This document shows, in pieces, positions 1 through 9,495 of a DNA stretch of 64,000 nt; the first letter of the stretch is position 1, and every line of letters starts with the position of its first letter. A program made the translations under genes and the position numbers. The stretch is taken from the NCBI GenBank assembly GCA_049513715.1, contig JBEKVV010000002.1:288001-352000 (forward strand). The letters are read 5' to 3'. The notes under the pieces are model-generated. The model made no database searches. It was not told the DNA's origin and saw only the letters and a program-made list of their open reading frames with translations. The stretch is from Candidatus Bathyarchaeia archaeon. Its GTDB lineage: Archaea; Thermoproteota; Bathyarchaeia; 40CM-2-53-6.

Positions 1-1
1 A

Positions 2-151
2 GGCGTCAAAATGGTGCATGCCGTCACAGGCGTGTACGATGTGATCGCGTACTTAGAACTCCATGACATGACATCTCTGTCTGAATTTGTCATGAAGAAA
101 GTACAGGCTGTGAAAGGTGTGGAAAGAACTCACACCGCGATTGTTGTGTGA
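2..151 (+). CDS. Lrp/AsnC ligand-binding domain protein, 3' part (truncated by window edge)
   Basis: Manual translation GVKMVHAVTGVYDVIAYLE...VKGVERTHTAIVV*; TGxYD motif of the RAM/AsnC domain. Confidence 0.85.
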   Translation, partial: GVKMVHAVTGVYDVIAYLELHDMTSLSEFVMKKVQAVKGVERTHTAIVV

Positions 152-188
152 AGAAACCCCAACCCGCCCTGAACCTTGGGGCAGTTCT

Positions 189-986
189 TTAGCCCCTCGT
201 TTCCCAATGGCCGTGAAGGTTCCAATCATCTCTTAGATATTTCTCAGCGAGTAGTTTTGTCATTCCGCGTGTTTCGCCCCCTGTCAATTGTCCATCTTGA
301 AGCTTGAATTGCAGTTGTCGCTCACATGTACTGGTGAGTTCGCGTTTCACAGCAGCCAATTCGACCAGTCTGCCGGTAGCTTCCTGTAGCGTGGTTACCT
401 GTTGCCATTTGCTGCGGATGAAGTCGGTAGTGTTGGTTGTCCTGCTTGGTGAGAGAGCCTGAATCAGCGTCTGGGTGTCGGTCGAAATCAAGATCGAAGC
501 GTGCCAAAGGACATTTTGTTTGCCCACCCAAGCTGCTCCTCCTGCAATCTTCTTGCCCAGAACCTGAATCGTATTTGGAGGAGCGAAACTTCCTTGAATG
601 CCGAAGTTCTTGAGTGCACGCAAGATTATTGTGGTGTAGCCACGGTGTAATTCGGTGAGGGAGCTGCTCTTTGGCCTTGGGGCAGCAATCGTTAGATTTA
701 GGTTCCCTGGGTCATGGAAAACTGCGCCGCCGCCGGTAAAGCGCCTAGCGATCCTGATACCTCGACTCTCGCAGAATGCAACATCCACCTCATCCGTTGG
801 GTTCTGGAATCGGCCCACGATCACAGCGGGGGGATTTTCCCAAAGTCTGACAGTTGTACTTGGTGAAGACAAGTCACCTGTCGCCAGCGCCTCTTCGAGC
901 GCGAGGTTCTGGAAGGCGCTTGGATAGCTTAAGTTGAGAATGCGCCCAGTGACTGGTGGAAGCCGATGCATCACCAAGGACGACAT
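189..986 (-). CDS. lplA: Lipoate-protein ligase A family protein
   Basis: NLALEE, RRFTGGGAVFHD and KKIAG motifs. Confidence 0.9.
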   Translation of the reverse strand: MSSLVMHRLPPVTGRILNLSYPSAFQNLALEEALATGDLSSPSTTVRLWENPPAVIVGRFQNPTDEVDVAFCESRGIRIARRFTGGGAVFHDPGNLNLTIAAPRPKSSSLTELHRGYTTIILRALKNFGIQGSFAPPNTIQVLGKKIAGGAAWVGKQNVLWHASILISTDTQTLIQALSPSRTTNTTDFIRSKWQQVTTLQEATGRLVELAAVKRELTSTCERQLQFKLQDGQLTGGETRGMTKLLAEKYLRDDWNLHGHWETRG

Positions 987-1738
987 CTGCTGAGTATTCT
1001 CTTGGGTAAGAAGGGCTTCAACTCTCGCCTCCTAAGGAGCGACCCTAACTTTGGGATGAGGCCTACGGCATCAGTACCAAGTTTGCAAAGAAGTGAGTGA
1101 ACTGTCAGCGTCATCGATTCTAGGGCGATGATATCTCTTTCCAACCGGGCTCTTGTTAAAGCAGATTCGACACCCTGCCTTGAGCAGGCGTACACCTGAA
1201 TGCGGTCCAATCCAGTTCTAACCCAATCCGAGAACAGATCAATCTGAGGATCCCCCAACCATCCTTCTGCAACCAATTCATGTCGATCCAACTTCGTTAT
1301 CCTGACCGTAGTCCTACTTTGGGGAAACAAGCAGTAATGTTCTAGGATTTCTCTAGCAGGGAGCGGCCTCCCATCAGCCAACTGGGCCTGTAGAGTTCTG
1401 GGTTTGACCCTTACTTTCAGGGCTGCGGGCGCCTCCACACCGAGGTCAACTTCCAAGTTCCCACCCGTTATGTCGCTGATGGTTGCAGGGTAGGTTTCGT
1501 TGAGGTCGACAGTACTCAGCTCAGTTTGGGCAAGCCCCAGTTCTCTTGAGATAAGTTCCAGGAAAATCTCCATGTCCGGTCCATCCACCTCGAGCTTTGC
1601 CCAACCTCCCCGGGTGAACCCCTCCAGATGCGTGGAAGCGGTGAGTGAGCCTTTGAGGGCTGAGAGCGCAGTCTGAAGGCATATGTTGAAGTCTTCTACC
1701 TTGAGCTCTCCCGGCCTTTGGAGGAGTGTGATTTTCAT
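971..1738 (-). CDS. Conserved archaeal hypothetical protein (DUF2110-like)
   Basis: 255 aa ORF directly downstream of tfe; C-terminal CKLGTDAVGLIPKLG resembles DUF2110. Confidence 0.65.
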   Translation of the reverse strand: MKITLLQRPGELKVEDFNICLQTALSALKGSLTASTHLEGFTRGGWAKLEVDGPDMEIFLELISRELGLAQTELSTVDLNETYPATISDITGGNLEVDLGVEAPAALKVRVKPRTLQAQLADGRPLPAREILEHYCLFPQSRTTVRITKLDRHELVAEGWLGDPQIDLFSDWVRTGLDRIQVYACSRQGVESALTRARLERDIIALESMTLTVHSLLCKLGTDAVGLIPKLGSLLRRRELKPFLPKRILSRCRPW

Positions 1739-1753
1739 TTTGCTCAGTATTTC

Positions 1754-2260
1754 TTATCTGCTGAGTTCTGCCTCGAGTTTCTCTATCTTTCCTTCAAGGA
1801 CCGTAACAACCTCTGCGTTTTCAGAACTCTCAAGCTGGTTACTGCATTTCGCGCATGCGAACGAACTCTCCATTGCTTCCTCGAAGGTCACACGAACGTC
1901 AGTGTCCGTCTTGCAAATGAAGAAAGTGTGCTTTCGTTCGTAATCTAGGCGTTGTTTCAATTTGTCGAGCGCTCTTTTCTTGCGGCTTCTAATGAATGCG
2001 TCAAGCTGGTCCGGTTGAAGTCTCCAGTAGAAAATGAACCATCCAGTCTTCTCGTCTCTGACACGGGTGCAAGAGACGAGGCCGTGATCATAGAGCTTGT
2101 AGAGAACTTTTCTGACCGTGTTCAGTCTGACTTGGCAGTCGTTTGAGACTGTTTCGTCAGTTCCTTCGCCTAGTTTCTTCAGGCTTTTGACAACTGTGAC
2201 AGCTTCGTCTCCTCCGAAGAGGTTTGCGACTTTGATAAGTTCCTCATCCAGTACTGACAA
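1754..2260 (-). CDS. tfe: Transcription factor E alpha
   Basis: Winged helix (LNTVRKVLYKLY...RDEKTGWFIFYW) plus Zn-ribbon-like region (FEEAMESSFACAKC). Confidence 0.95.
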   Translation of the reverse strand: MSVLDEELIKVANLFGGDEAVTVVKSLKKLGEGTDETVSNDCQVRLNTVRKVLYKLYDHGLVSCTRVRDEKTGWFIFYWRLQPDQLDAFIRSRKKRALDKLKQRLDYERKHTFFICKTDTDVRVTFEEAMESSFACAKCSNQLESSENAEVVTVLEGKIEKLEAELSR

Positions 2261-2404
2261 ACTCTATTCCCTCGAAAAGGTTACGGAGTCCCTTACGTGC
2301 TACATTCAATTAATTCTTCTTGTTAAACAGATTCGCTGGTCGTTCGGGGCAGGTAACTCTTTTATACGATTCAGCTTCGTGTAAGCGTTCGCGGGTCTAG
2401 GAAA

Positions 2405-2593
2405 ATGAAGGAAACACTTGCCACTTTGGGATTTATCTTGTTCTTTGCCGGCTCGATGCTTGACATCGCAGGTTCCACGTTTGTAACCCAAGGTGGGACC
2501 CCAGCCGCAGTTTACTTTAAAGTAGGTATCATGGAGTTACTGGGCTCAGCAATCTTTCTCGTCGGGATTTATCTGATAATCAAAACCCGTTAA
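2405..2593 (+). CDS. Small membrane protein, two TM helices
   Basis: 62 aa, two hydrophobic stretches, TTTTATA box upstream, 10 bp before trm56. Confidence 0.55.
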   Translation: MKETLATLGFILFFAGSMLDIAGSTFVTQGGTPAAVYFKVGIMELLGSAIFLVGIYLIIKTR

Positions 2594-2603
2594 GCCGGTC
2601 TTT

Positions 2604-3158
2604 ATGGCGAGCATAAACCGACGCCCCAACTGCAATGTGACGGTGTTACGGCTCGGGCACAGGATCCCCCGTGACACCCGGGTTACCACACACGTTTGTC
2701 TGACCGCTCGAGCGCTTGGTGCAAACGGAATCCTCGTCTCCGATACGCACGACAAACAACTTGAGGAGACTGTGAATCGGGTTACCGCAGAGTTCGGTGG
2801 GAAGTTCACAATAGAGACTGGAAGACCATGGCGGTCAATTGTTCATGAATGGAAGCGGATTGGCGGCATGGTCATTCATTTGTCTGCATACGGCTTACCT
2901 CTCCCCAAAGTAATTGATCAAATAAGACAGTCCAAGGTCGACAAATTGGTCGTCGTAGGTGCTGAGAAGGTTCCTGGTGAGATGTTTCGATTAGCTGACT
3001 GGAATGTTTCCATTACAAATCAACCGATCAGCGAGGTGAGTGCTTTAGGAGTATTTCTGGACTGGTTCTTCAAACACAGCCTGCTAGAGGATGATTTCTC
3101 AAATGGGAAGCTGCGAATTGTTCCGAGAGCGCATGGCAAGAAAGTTGAAGGGCTCTAG
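2604..3158 (+). CDS. trm56: tRNA (cytidine(56)-2'-O)-methyltransferase
   Basis: VLRLGHR..RDTRVTTHVCLTARALGA, VVVGAEKVP, NQP.SEV motifs. Confidence 0.95.
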   Translation: MASINRRPNCNVTVLRLGHRIPRDTRVTTHVCLTARALGANGILVSDTHDKQLEETVNRVTAEFGGKFTIETGRPWRSIVHEWKRIGGMVIHLSAYGLPLPKVIDQIRQSKVDKLVVVGAEKVPGEMFRLADWNVSITNQPISEVSALGVFLDWFFKHSLLEDDFSNGKLRIVPRAHGKKVEGL

Positions 3159-3664
3159 AATTCTGGTTTTGTCTTCCCTTTGATTCGTATGATGTCTCCC
3201 AGGGTGACTTCAGAAGGTGCAGCAGACTTGGGAACGTCATCGGCCTCTCTCCTCGGTACGAGGAGCTTCACTTTCAGTTCGTGTTCCAGCGCTCTGCATA
3301 ACCTAGAGTTGGGAGCCACCTTACCTATCTCAATCTTCTGAATTACGGACAGTTTCTCCTTTACCCTTTTAGCCAAATCCTCCTGGGATAGCCCCAACCC
3401 CATTCGATGCTTTCGAACTAACTCAGAAAAGTTCTCAGCAACATCAAGCTCATTCATCTCCTTAGGAAGGTCCGCCAATCTTCTCGGACTCACTCTGGGT
3501 TGGATGTTCAGCCTAAGGGGGCCTGTCAGTCGCGGCTGTTGGGGCTCTTCTTGGTAGGGTTTGCCCAGTCCCTGGCATTTACTACAGACCAGCATCTTCG
3601 CCCCTTCGACCATCACACGAAATGCTTGATCGACGATTTGTCGCCCACATATGTCACAATTCAA
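3155..3664 (-). CDS. mbf1: Multiprotein bridging factor 1 (Zn ribbon + HTH)
   Basis: CDICG...VEGAKMLVCSKC, HTH SQEDLAKRV, C-terminal TLGD. Confidence 0.92.
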   Translation of the reverse strand: MNCDICGRQIVDQAFRVMVEGAKMLVCSKCQGLGKPYQEEPQQPRLTGPLRLNIQPRVSPRRLADLPKEMNELDVAENFSELVRKHRMGLGLSQEDLAKRVKEKLSVIQKIEIGKVAPNSRLCRALEHELKVKLLVPRREADDVPKSAAPSEVTLGDIIRIKGKTKPEF

Positions 3665-3707
3665 ATGAAGAGGCTCCCACGGGTTCAGCGGCAGCTGGAA
3701 CCTTAAA

Positions 3708-4256
3708 TTGGTTTCTCGCGAATACTGCCTTCAGGTCGCCTTGGACCACCCTACAAAGCAGCAATTCCGTAAACTGATAGGAATCGCGAACTACCAATTC
3801 GGAAAAGGCGCCGGGGCCGCCCTATTTGACAAGGGCATTAAAATCGCATGCTCACAACGCACGGGTAGGATTAGATACATCTACAGGAAAAGCAAGTTGA
3901 TCGCCACGTTGAGACCAAAAGACGGCTCCTTTGCGCTAACCGTGAGTGGCGCCCAAATCCTGCTCACCAAAATGAAATTCTTTGCTAATCTTGTGATTGC
4001 TCAGGATGACGTTGCCGAATTCATAAGAGTCGGGGGAGATGTTTTCGCGAAACACGTCGTACGCGCAACAAAGAGCCTGAGGCCAGGAGAAGAAGCCATT
4101 GTAACCGGCGAAGATGGGCATCTCATGGGCGTAGGAAGAACATTGCTCAGCGGATATGACATAAAGCACTTCAAGCGAGGCGTAGCGGTCAAAGTCCGTA
4201 AAGGCATTGAAGAGTCGACCGTGCGCGAAGAGAGTGCTTCCACAGATGGCCTTTAG
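3708..4256 (+). CDS. PUA-domain RNA-binding protein (archaeosine TGT C-terminal-like)
   Basis: IANYQFG, TGRIRY, VFAKHV, RGVAVKVRKG; real start may be TTG at 3741. Confidence 0.85.
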   Translation: MVSREYCLQVALDHPTKQQFRKLIGIANYQFGKGAGAALFDKGIKIACSQRTGRIRYIYRKSKLIATLRPKDGSFALTVSGAQILLTKMKFFANLVIAQDDVAEFIRVGGDVFAKHVVRATKSLRPGEEAIVTGEDGHLMGVGRTLLSGYDIKHFKRGVAVKVRKGIEESTVREESASTDGL

Positions 4257-6696
4257 CTCGCAAAACGGAAACCAATGCCACACTGATTATTGCGACCAAC
4301 ACCAATACTATTTCTATGTTTATTTGCGGCAATGTCGGGAATTCTGTCACCCATTCCGCCGTGACCTGTTTGGGTGAATCCATTCTGAGTTCAGCGATTG
4401 GCGATTCTGAATTCGCAGAGCCGGACCAACCTCCGAACCGATGGCCCGAAACCTCAGTAGGGTCAACGCTGACGGTCGCAGTGGAATTCGCATCATACCA
4501 CCCACCCCCCGCGGCAACACCATACTGCGAATTGACCACGAGAAGGTACTGCAATCTGTACTGGAATACTCTGCTACCGCCTGAAGAGACTTGCCAGGGG
4601 GTCCCGTTCACAACGTAACGGGCTCCATCTCTAACCTGTATGACTGTTGAGAGTTCTATGGTGTGCGTCCCATCGCGCTTCAGTTCAAGGATTAACACAT
4701 GCGTCGCATTGAGTGGGACAGGTGCAACATTGTGGCCATCAAGGGTTATGATAGTCTGCGCGTTTCCAATCGTTGGTAACAGTTCAACCTTAACTGAATA
4801 GAGCTTGGGCGCGTCCAAAATTGAGGTCAATGCGTTGACCTTTCCCCAACCCCAAAGCGGAGAACCAGCTTCGCCTATGATCCCGGTGAATGTGTCCCGC
4901 GTGGCGTCGTGAGTCAGGATGTTTTTGATCTCATTGGGGCTCAGATAGGGGTTAACTTGCAGCATTAAGGCGATAACGCCGGTCACATTTGCGGCAGCGA
5001 AACTGGTACCGCGCCAGATCTGGTGGTAGTCATCGGGGTCGCACGCCACACGAGCATTGTTGAACTGGCACATATTGACGGGGGATGTGTTTGCTCTTGC
5101 AGCAATAATGTTCGCGCCGGGTGCCGTTAGTTCTGGTTTCATTCTGCCATCTCGCGTCGGACCAGCTCCACTTCCGGCTTCGAGATCACCGAGAGCTGGT
5201 GCTGGGAGTTCGCCCCAGCGCTGCCCCTTGACACACTTGCTACAGTATGAATACCAGAGTACTCGGCTCAGGTAGCTGCCGACTGTGATGACCCCAGTTG
5301 CCGTTCCAGGGTGGTCGATCGTATCTGATGGATCGATAAGGTATCGCCCAGAAATTGAGTCTTCATTGTTGACATACTGCCCCGGTTCAGTCCAAGCATT
5401 CCATTTGCCGTTTGCTACGATAGCGCCTGTTAAGGTGAACATCCAAGGGCTTTGTTGTAATGTTCTCCCATATGCAGCGGTTATTTGGATCCACCATTCC
5501 CTGCCAGTAGAGCGTTCTCCTGATTGAATTGCGATATTTCCGTCAGGAGTATCAATCCCAGCATCGAGAGTAGGACCTGATATCGTCTCTCCGCTCGGTG
5601 TTTTTACAGAAATCGAAAGAGTATCTGAAACTGAGTACCATATGTCGGTCGTGCTAATTGTTGTTTCTGGATCAAGGATCCAACTCACCGAAACAGCTTG
5701 TTCGGGCGAAAGCCGTCCGCTGACGTGTAGGTCTGCATTACGAGAGTTCCCCGCCGCGACAACTATTGGTACGCCTTCAGCTGCAAAATCCGTCATTGCA
5801 AGTTCGAGTGGCTCCGTACCGTCATGTGACCCAAGAGAGTCGCCATAGCTAAAGTCAATGACCAGGGGGAGACCAAGTTCGCGTGCTTTACCAATTAGAT
5901 AGCTAAATGCGTCAATCTCAAAGTCTTCGGTTCCTTGTTTCAGTTTCACGGCTATTAGGGATGCACCTGGCGCGACGCCAAGATAGTTTCCAGGAGCTTG
6001 ACCCGTGCTCGCGGCCACTGCGGCAACAGCGGTGCCATGCCCTAAAGAACTGTCGACTTCGCTGCAAGTCTTCATCTGAATGTCTGTTGGACCACACTCA
6101 TTGCCGTACCCGAAACCTACTGGATGTATTCCGTCAGAAGATTGGTCCCAAATGTAGATTATTTTGTTGGTTCCGTTCCCGAAATAGAAGTCCTTATGCG
6201 CGTAGTCAATGCCTGTGTCTGCTATTCCAATTATTACATCTGAACCATTGATGGCGTTTCCATGTAAATCTTCTGCAGCACTCCGGAATCGGTTCAACAA
6301 AGATTCAGTGACCTTCAATTCCGCCTGAGGCTTCAATTGCTTCGGTGAGGATATGCGAGCTACGAAGCTAACTCTTGCAAGCTGTTGCAGTGAAGACGGG
6401 GATACTTCCATCGTTGCAACATGGCCCGTGAAGGTTCGGATTCGCCCAATTGAATCGATAATCTGTAGGCCCGCCTGATTCGGTATTTCGGAGAAGACCA
6501 CAATGACGCTCACGGGTTCTTGGATCCCTTGAACATTTCCAGCGAGGAATGTTCGCAGGGTTGGGTCGGACTTAGAACGCAACAGCATCACACCGTCAGG
6601 GAGGGACGATGCTCCAGCGCTTTGGGTTGAAAACAGAACGATTAGCGCTAGAAGAATGGCGAGAAGAAGCTTCTCATGGTTGTGCTTCAGATACAA
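4189..6696 (-). CDS. Secreted, membrane-anchored S8 subtilase (Csp-like)
   Basis: Signal peptide; catalytic D (IADTG), H (GHGT), oxyanion AAGN, S (GTS); C-terminal TM helix. Confidence 0.9.
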   Translation of the reverse strand: MYLKHNHEKLLLAILLALIVLFSTQSAGASSLPDGVMLLRSKSDPTLRTFLAGNVQGIQEPVSVIVVFSEIPNQAGLQIIDSIGRIRTFTGHVATMEVSPSSLQQLARVSFVARISSPKQLKPQAELKVTESLLNRFRSAAEDLHGNAINGSDVIIGIADTGIDYAHKDFYFGNGTNKIIYIWDQSSDGIHPVGFGYGNECGPTDIQMKTCSEVDSSLGHGTAVAAVAASTGQAPGNYLGVAPGASLIAVKLKQGTEDFEIDAFSYLIGKARELGLPLVIDFSYGDSLGSHDGTEPLELAMTDFAAEGVPIVVAAGNSRNADLHVSGRLSPEQAVSVSWILDPETTISTTDIWYSVSDTLSISVKTPSGETISGPTLDAGIDTPDGNIAIQSGERSTGREWWIQITAAYGRTLQQSPWMFTLTGAIVANGKWNAWTEPGQYVNNEDSISGRYLIDPSDTIDHPGTATGVITVGSYLSRVLWYSYCSKCVKGQRWGELPAPALGDLEAGSGAGPTRDGRMKPELTAPGANIIAARANTSPVNMCQFNNARVACDPDDYHQIWRGTSFAAANVTGVIALMLQVNPYLSPNEIKNILTHDATRDTFTGIIGEAGSPLWGWGKVNALTSILDAPKLYSVKVELLPTIGNAQTIITLDGHNVAPVPLNATHVLILELKRDGTHTIELSTVIQVRDGARYVVNGTPWQVSSGGSRVFQYRLQYLLVVNSQYGVAAGGGWYDANSTATVSVDPTEVSGHRFGGWSGSANSESPIAELRMDSPKQVTAEWVTEFPTLPQINIEIVLVLVAIISVALVSVLRAKGHLWKHSLRARSTLQCLYGL

Positions 6697-7025
6697 GCCG
6701 TCATAGCAGCCTTCTTGAATTAGATAGGTGATTGTATAAGTGAAAACCGCAAGCGTTTCACGAATTTTGAGAGGCTACGGTTTAGGGTGTATATAAGTCT
6801 CTGCACCGTAGTTTTTGGTTGGCTGCGATTTGAGAGGAGCTATAGCGAGAGAAGGTTCCAATGATTCGCGAGGATCGCCCCTTGTCGGCTAATATCGAGA
6901 CAGTTGCGACTATTCTCTGATGGTGGTCTGGTCGAGGCGATTGAGGCTGCTGTCGGGCCTCTTGCGTAGCCTCTCCGAAATTTTTATCGGGTTGCGGTAC
7001 CTGAAGCTTCGGCTGTTGATTTAGA

Positions 7026-7412
7026 TTGGCGCACAAAGCTCTGAAAGCAGCGCGAGGTGTTCCGGGAGGGCGGGACGCTATGCGTATGATGCAGAAAATG
7101 GGAATGAAGATTGATGAAATCCAAGGCGTGTCCGAGGTCGTCATAAGGACGTCGACCAAGGATATTGTGATCGTTGAACCCAGCGTCACCGCTGTGGTTG
7201 TTCAGGGTCAGAAGATGTACCAGGTGGCGGGAGGCGAGGTTAGAGAGGCCCAAGCTCAGGCGCAGGTAGCACCCAGCGGGCCTACAGATGCTGACGTCCA
7301 ACTGGTGGCGCAGCAGACTGGAAAGTCAGCGGAGGAATCCAAGAAGGCTCTTCTTGATGCAGGAGGGGATCTCGCCAAAGCCATCCTCCAGTTGAAGAGC
7401 GCAAATCTCTAG
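7026..7412 (+). CDS. nac: Nascent polypeptide-associated complex protein
   Basis: MRMMQKMGM N-terminus; UBA-like DVQLVAQQTG...GDLAKAI. Confidence 0.93.
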   Translation: MAHKALKAARGVPGGRDAMRMMQKMGMKIDEIQGVSEVVIRTSTKDIVIVEPSVTAVVVQGQKMYQVAGGEVREAQAQAQVAPSGPTDADVQLVAQQTGKSAEESKKALLDAGGDLAKAILQLKSANL

Positions 7413-7420
7413 GGCATGCT

Positions 7421-8089
7421 CTAAGCGGTTAGGGCAGATGTCTTCAGCTGTTCTCGTTCCACTTTGGCCATCCTGCTCTTAATTCTCTTAAGCCTGAAGA
7501 AATCCTCTCGCTCCCCCTCTTCCAAATGCATTTCGATATAGCGTATTGTGGCTAACATACGGGGTATGATCACGTATTCGAGCGAGTTAACTCTCCTCTT
7601 CGTTGCAGCTATCGCCTCCGCAAGTTTCTTCACGGCTGCTTCCGCGCTTGAGAGCTCTGCTATGGCCTTGATCGCCTCAGCCATCTTCAAAGTCGCCTCG
7701 TCGAGGGTAATCGATGTGTCATAAATGTCGTAGGGAAATCCCGTGAGAGGTTTTATGTTGACTTGTATGTAGGGTATCGTAACGCCAATCACGTTTCTGC
7801 TCTTCGACTCAATCGTGAAACGATCCTCGACGCCAATCGATGTTTGTTCGAGTTTCATGGATCCCATAGCCATCTGTGCTTCTACAAAGTTGTCGTAAGC
7901 CCCTGCCAAGAGATCCTGTGCTTTGGCACGGAGGACAGAGATTTCTTTGACGAACTGAAAGAACTCTATCATCAAGGCGTCAAGTTTCTGTCTGAGGAGG
8001 TCGCGACCCCTTTCAGCTATTGCTCGTCTCTTGCGTAGTGTGAGTAGTTCCATGCGGGTTGGGTGAACACCTGCGATGAGCTCAGGCAA
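7421..8089 (-). CDS. atpD: A/V-type ATP synthase subunit D
   Basis: [30 protein letters not shown]. Confidence 0.95.
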   Translation of the reverse strand: MPELIAGVHPTRMELLTLRKRRAIAERGRDLLRQKLDALMIEFFQFVKEISVLRAKAQDLLAGAYDNFVEAQMAMGSMKLEQTSIGVEDRFTIESKSRNVIGVTIPYIQVNIKPLTGFPYDIYDTSITLDEATLKMAEAIKAIAELSSAEAAVKKLAEAIAATKRRVNSLEYVIIPRMLATIRYIEMHLEEGEREDFFRLKRIKSRMAKVEREQLKTSALTA

Positions 8090-9485
8090 GAGCTTTCCCA
8101 GCCCGGTACTTCGGGTGGAATTGTTTGATCGTCGCGGGGTCGACCCGTTTGAGTTCGCTTTCAGGCAGAGCCGCCAACAAATCCCAACCTAGGTCTAACG
8201 TTTTCTCGATGTCGCGGTTTTCGTACTCGCCTTGGCCTATGAATCGCCTTTCGAAGTCGTCTGCGAATTTGAGGTAAATCTTGTCTCTGGAGGACAGCGC
8301 TTCTTCACCAACGACGGCGACTAGGTCCCTGAATGCTCTTCCTTCGGCATAGGCGTAATAGAGTTGGTCAGACGTCTCCCTATGGTCCTGTCTGGTCCTC
8401 TCCTTGCCTATCCCTTCCCGCATGAGGCGGGATAGCGAGGGTGAAACGTCGATCGGTGGGTAGATGCCTTTTCTATGCAAGCCCCGGTCCACGATCAACT
8501 GGCCTTCGGTAATGTAACCCGTCAAGTTCGGAATGGGGTGGGTGATATCATCATGAGGCATTGTTAGAATCGGCATCTGCGTGATGGAACCTTTAGCGTT
8601 GCGTATTCTACCTGCACGTTCATAAATCGTGGACAGGTCGGTGTACAAGTAGCCAGGGTAACCTCTTCTGCCAGGCACCTCTTCCCGGGCCGCTGAAATC
8701 TCTCGAAGGGCTTCAGCGTAATTCGTCATATCAGTCAAAATGACGAGTACATGCATGTCGAGCCTGAACGCGAAATATTCGGCTGCGGTTAAGGCCATTC
8801 GCGGGGTGAGGATTCTTTCGATTGCGGGGTCGTCAGCCAAATTGATGAACATGGTGACGCGCTCTAAGGCTCCTTGCCGCTCGAAGTCTTCCCGGAAGAA
8901 CCGCGCTTCGTCCGCGGTAATGCCGATGGCCGCAAAGACTGTTGAGAATGGTTCCTCAGTTCCCCTGACTCTTGCTTGTCGGGCCACTTGGGCCGCGACA
9001 CGGTTGTGTGGGAGGCCAGCCCCGGAAAAGAGCGGAAGCTTTTGCCCCCTGACGAGTGTATTCATGCCGTCAATAGCCGATATGCCGGTTTGGATGAATT
9101 CGCGGGGGTAGGTTCTAGCGTACGGGTTGATGGGTGCACCGTGCACATCCAAATATTCTTCGGGGATGATGCGAGGGCCACCGTCTATGGGTGTGCCGCT
9201 TCCGTCAAGGATTCTCCCTAGCAAGTCGCTTGAAACGGGAAGCTTCACGGTTTCTCCCAAGAAGCGGACACTTGTTGAGGGAATATCGAGGCCTGAGGTG
9301 CCCTCGAACACTTGCACGACTGCCAAGTCGCTTCTAACCTCAAGAACTTGACCCCTCCTTTCTTCACCAGTTGGTGTACGTATTCGCACGAGTTCGCCGA
9401 ATCCAACGCCTTTAACGTTCTGAACGAAAAGTAAGGGGCCCGAGATTTCGTTGACGGTAGAATATTCCCTAACTACTACAGACAT
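8082..9485 (-). CDS. atpB: A/V-type ATP synthase subunit B
   Basis: [31 protein letters not shown]. Confidence 0.97.
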   Translation of the reverse strand: MSVVVREYSTVNEISGPLLFVQNVKGVGFGELVRIRTPTGEERRGQVLEVRSDLAVVQVFEGTSGLDIPSTSVRFLGETVKLPVSSDLLGRILDGSGTPIDGGPRIIPEEYLDVHGAPINPYARTYPREFIQTGISAIDGMNTLVRGQKLPLFSGAGLPHNRVAAQVARQARVRGTEEPFSTVFAAIGITADEARFFREDFERQGALERVTMFINLADDPAIERILTPRMALTAAEYFAFRLDMHVLVILTDMTNYAEALREISAAREEVPGRRGYPGYLYTDLSTIYERAGRIRNAKGSITQMPILTMPHDDITHPIPNLTGYITEGQLIVDRGLHRKGIYPPIDVSPSLSRLMREGIGKERTRQDHRETSDQLYYAYAEGRAFRDLVAVVGEEALSSRDKIYLKFADDFERRFIGQGEYENRDIEKTLDLGWDLLAALPESELKRVDPATIKQFHPKYRAGKALA

Positions 9486-9495
9486 CTGCTGTTCC

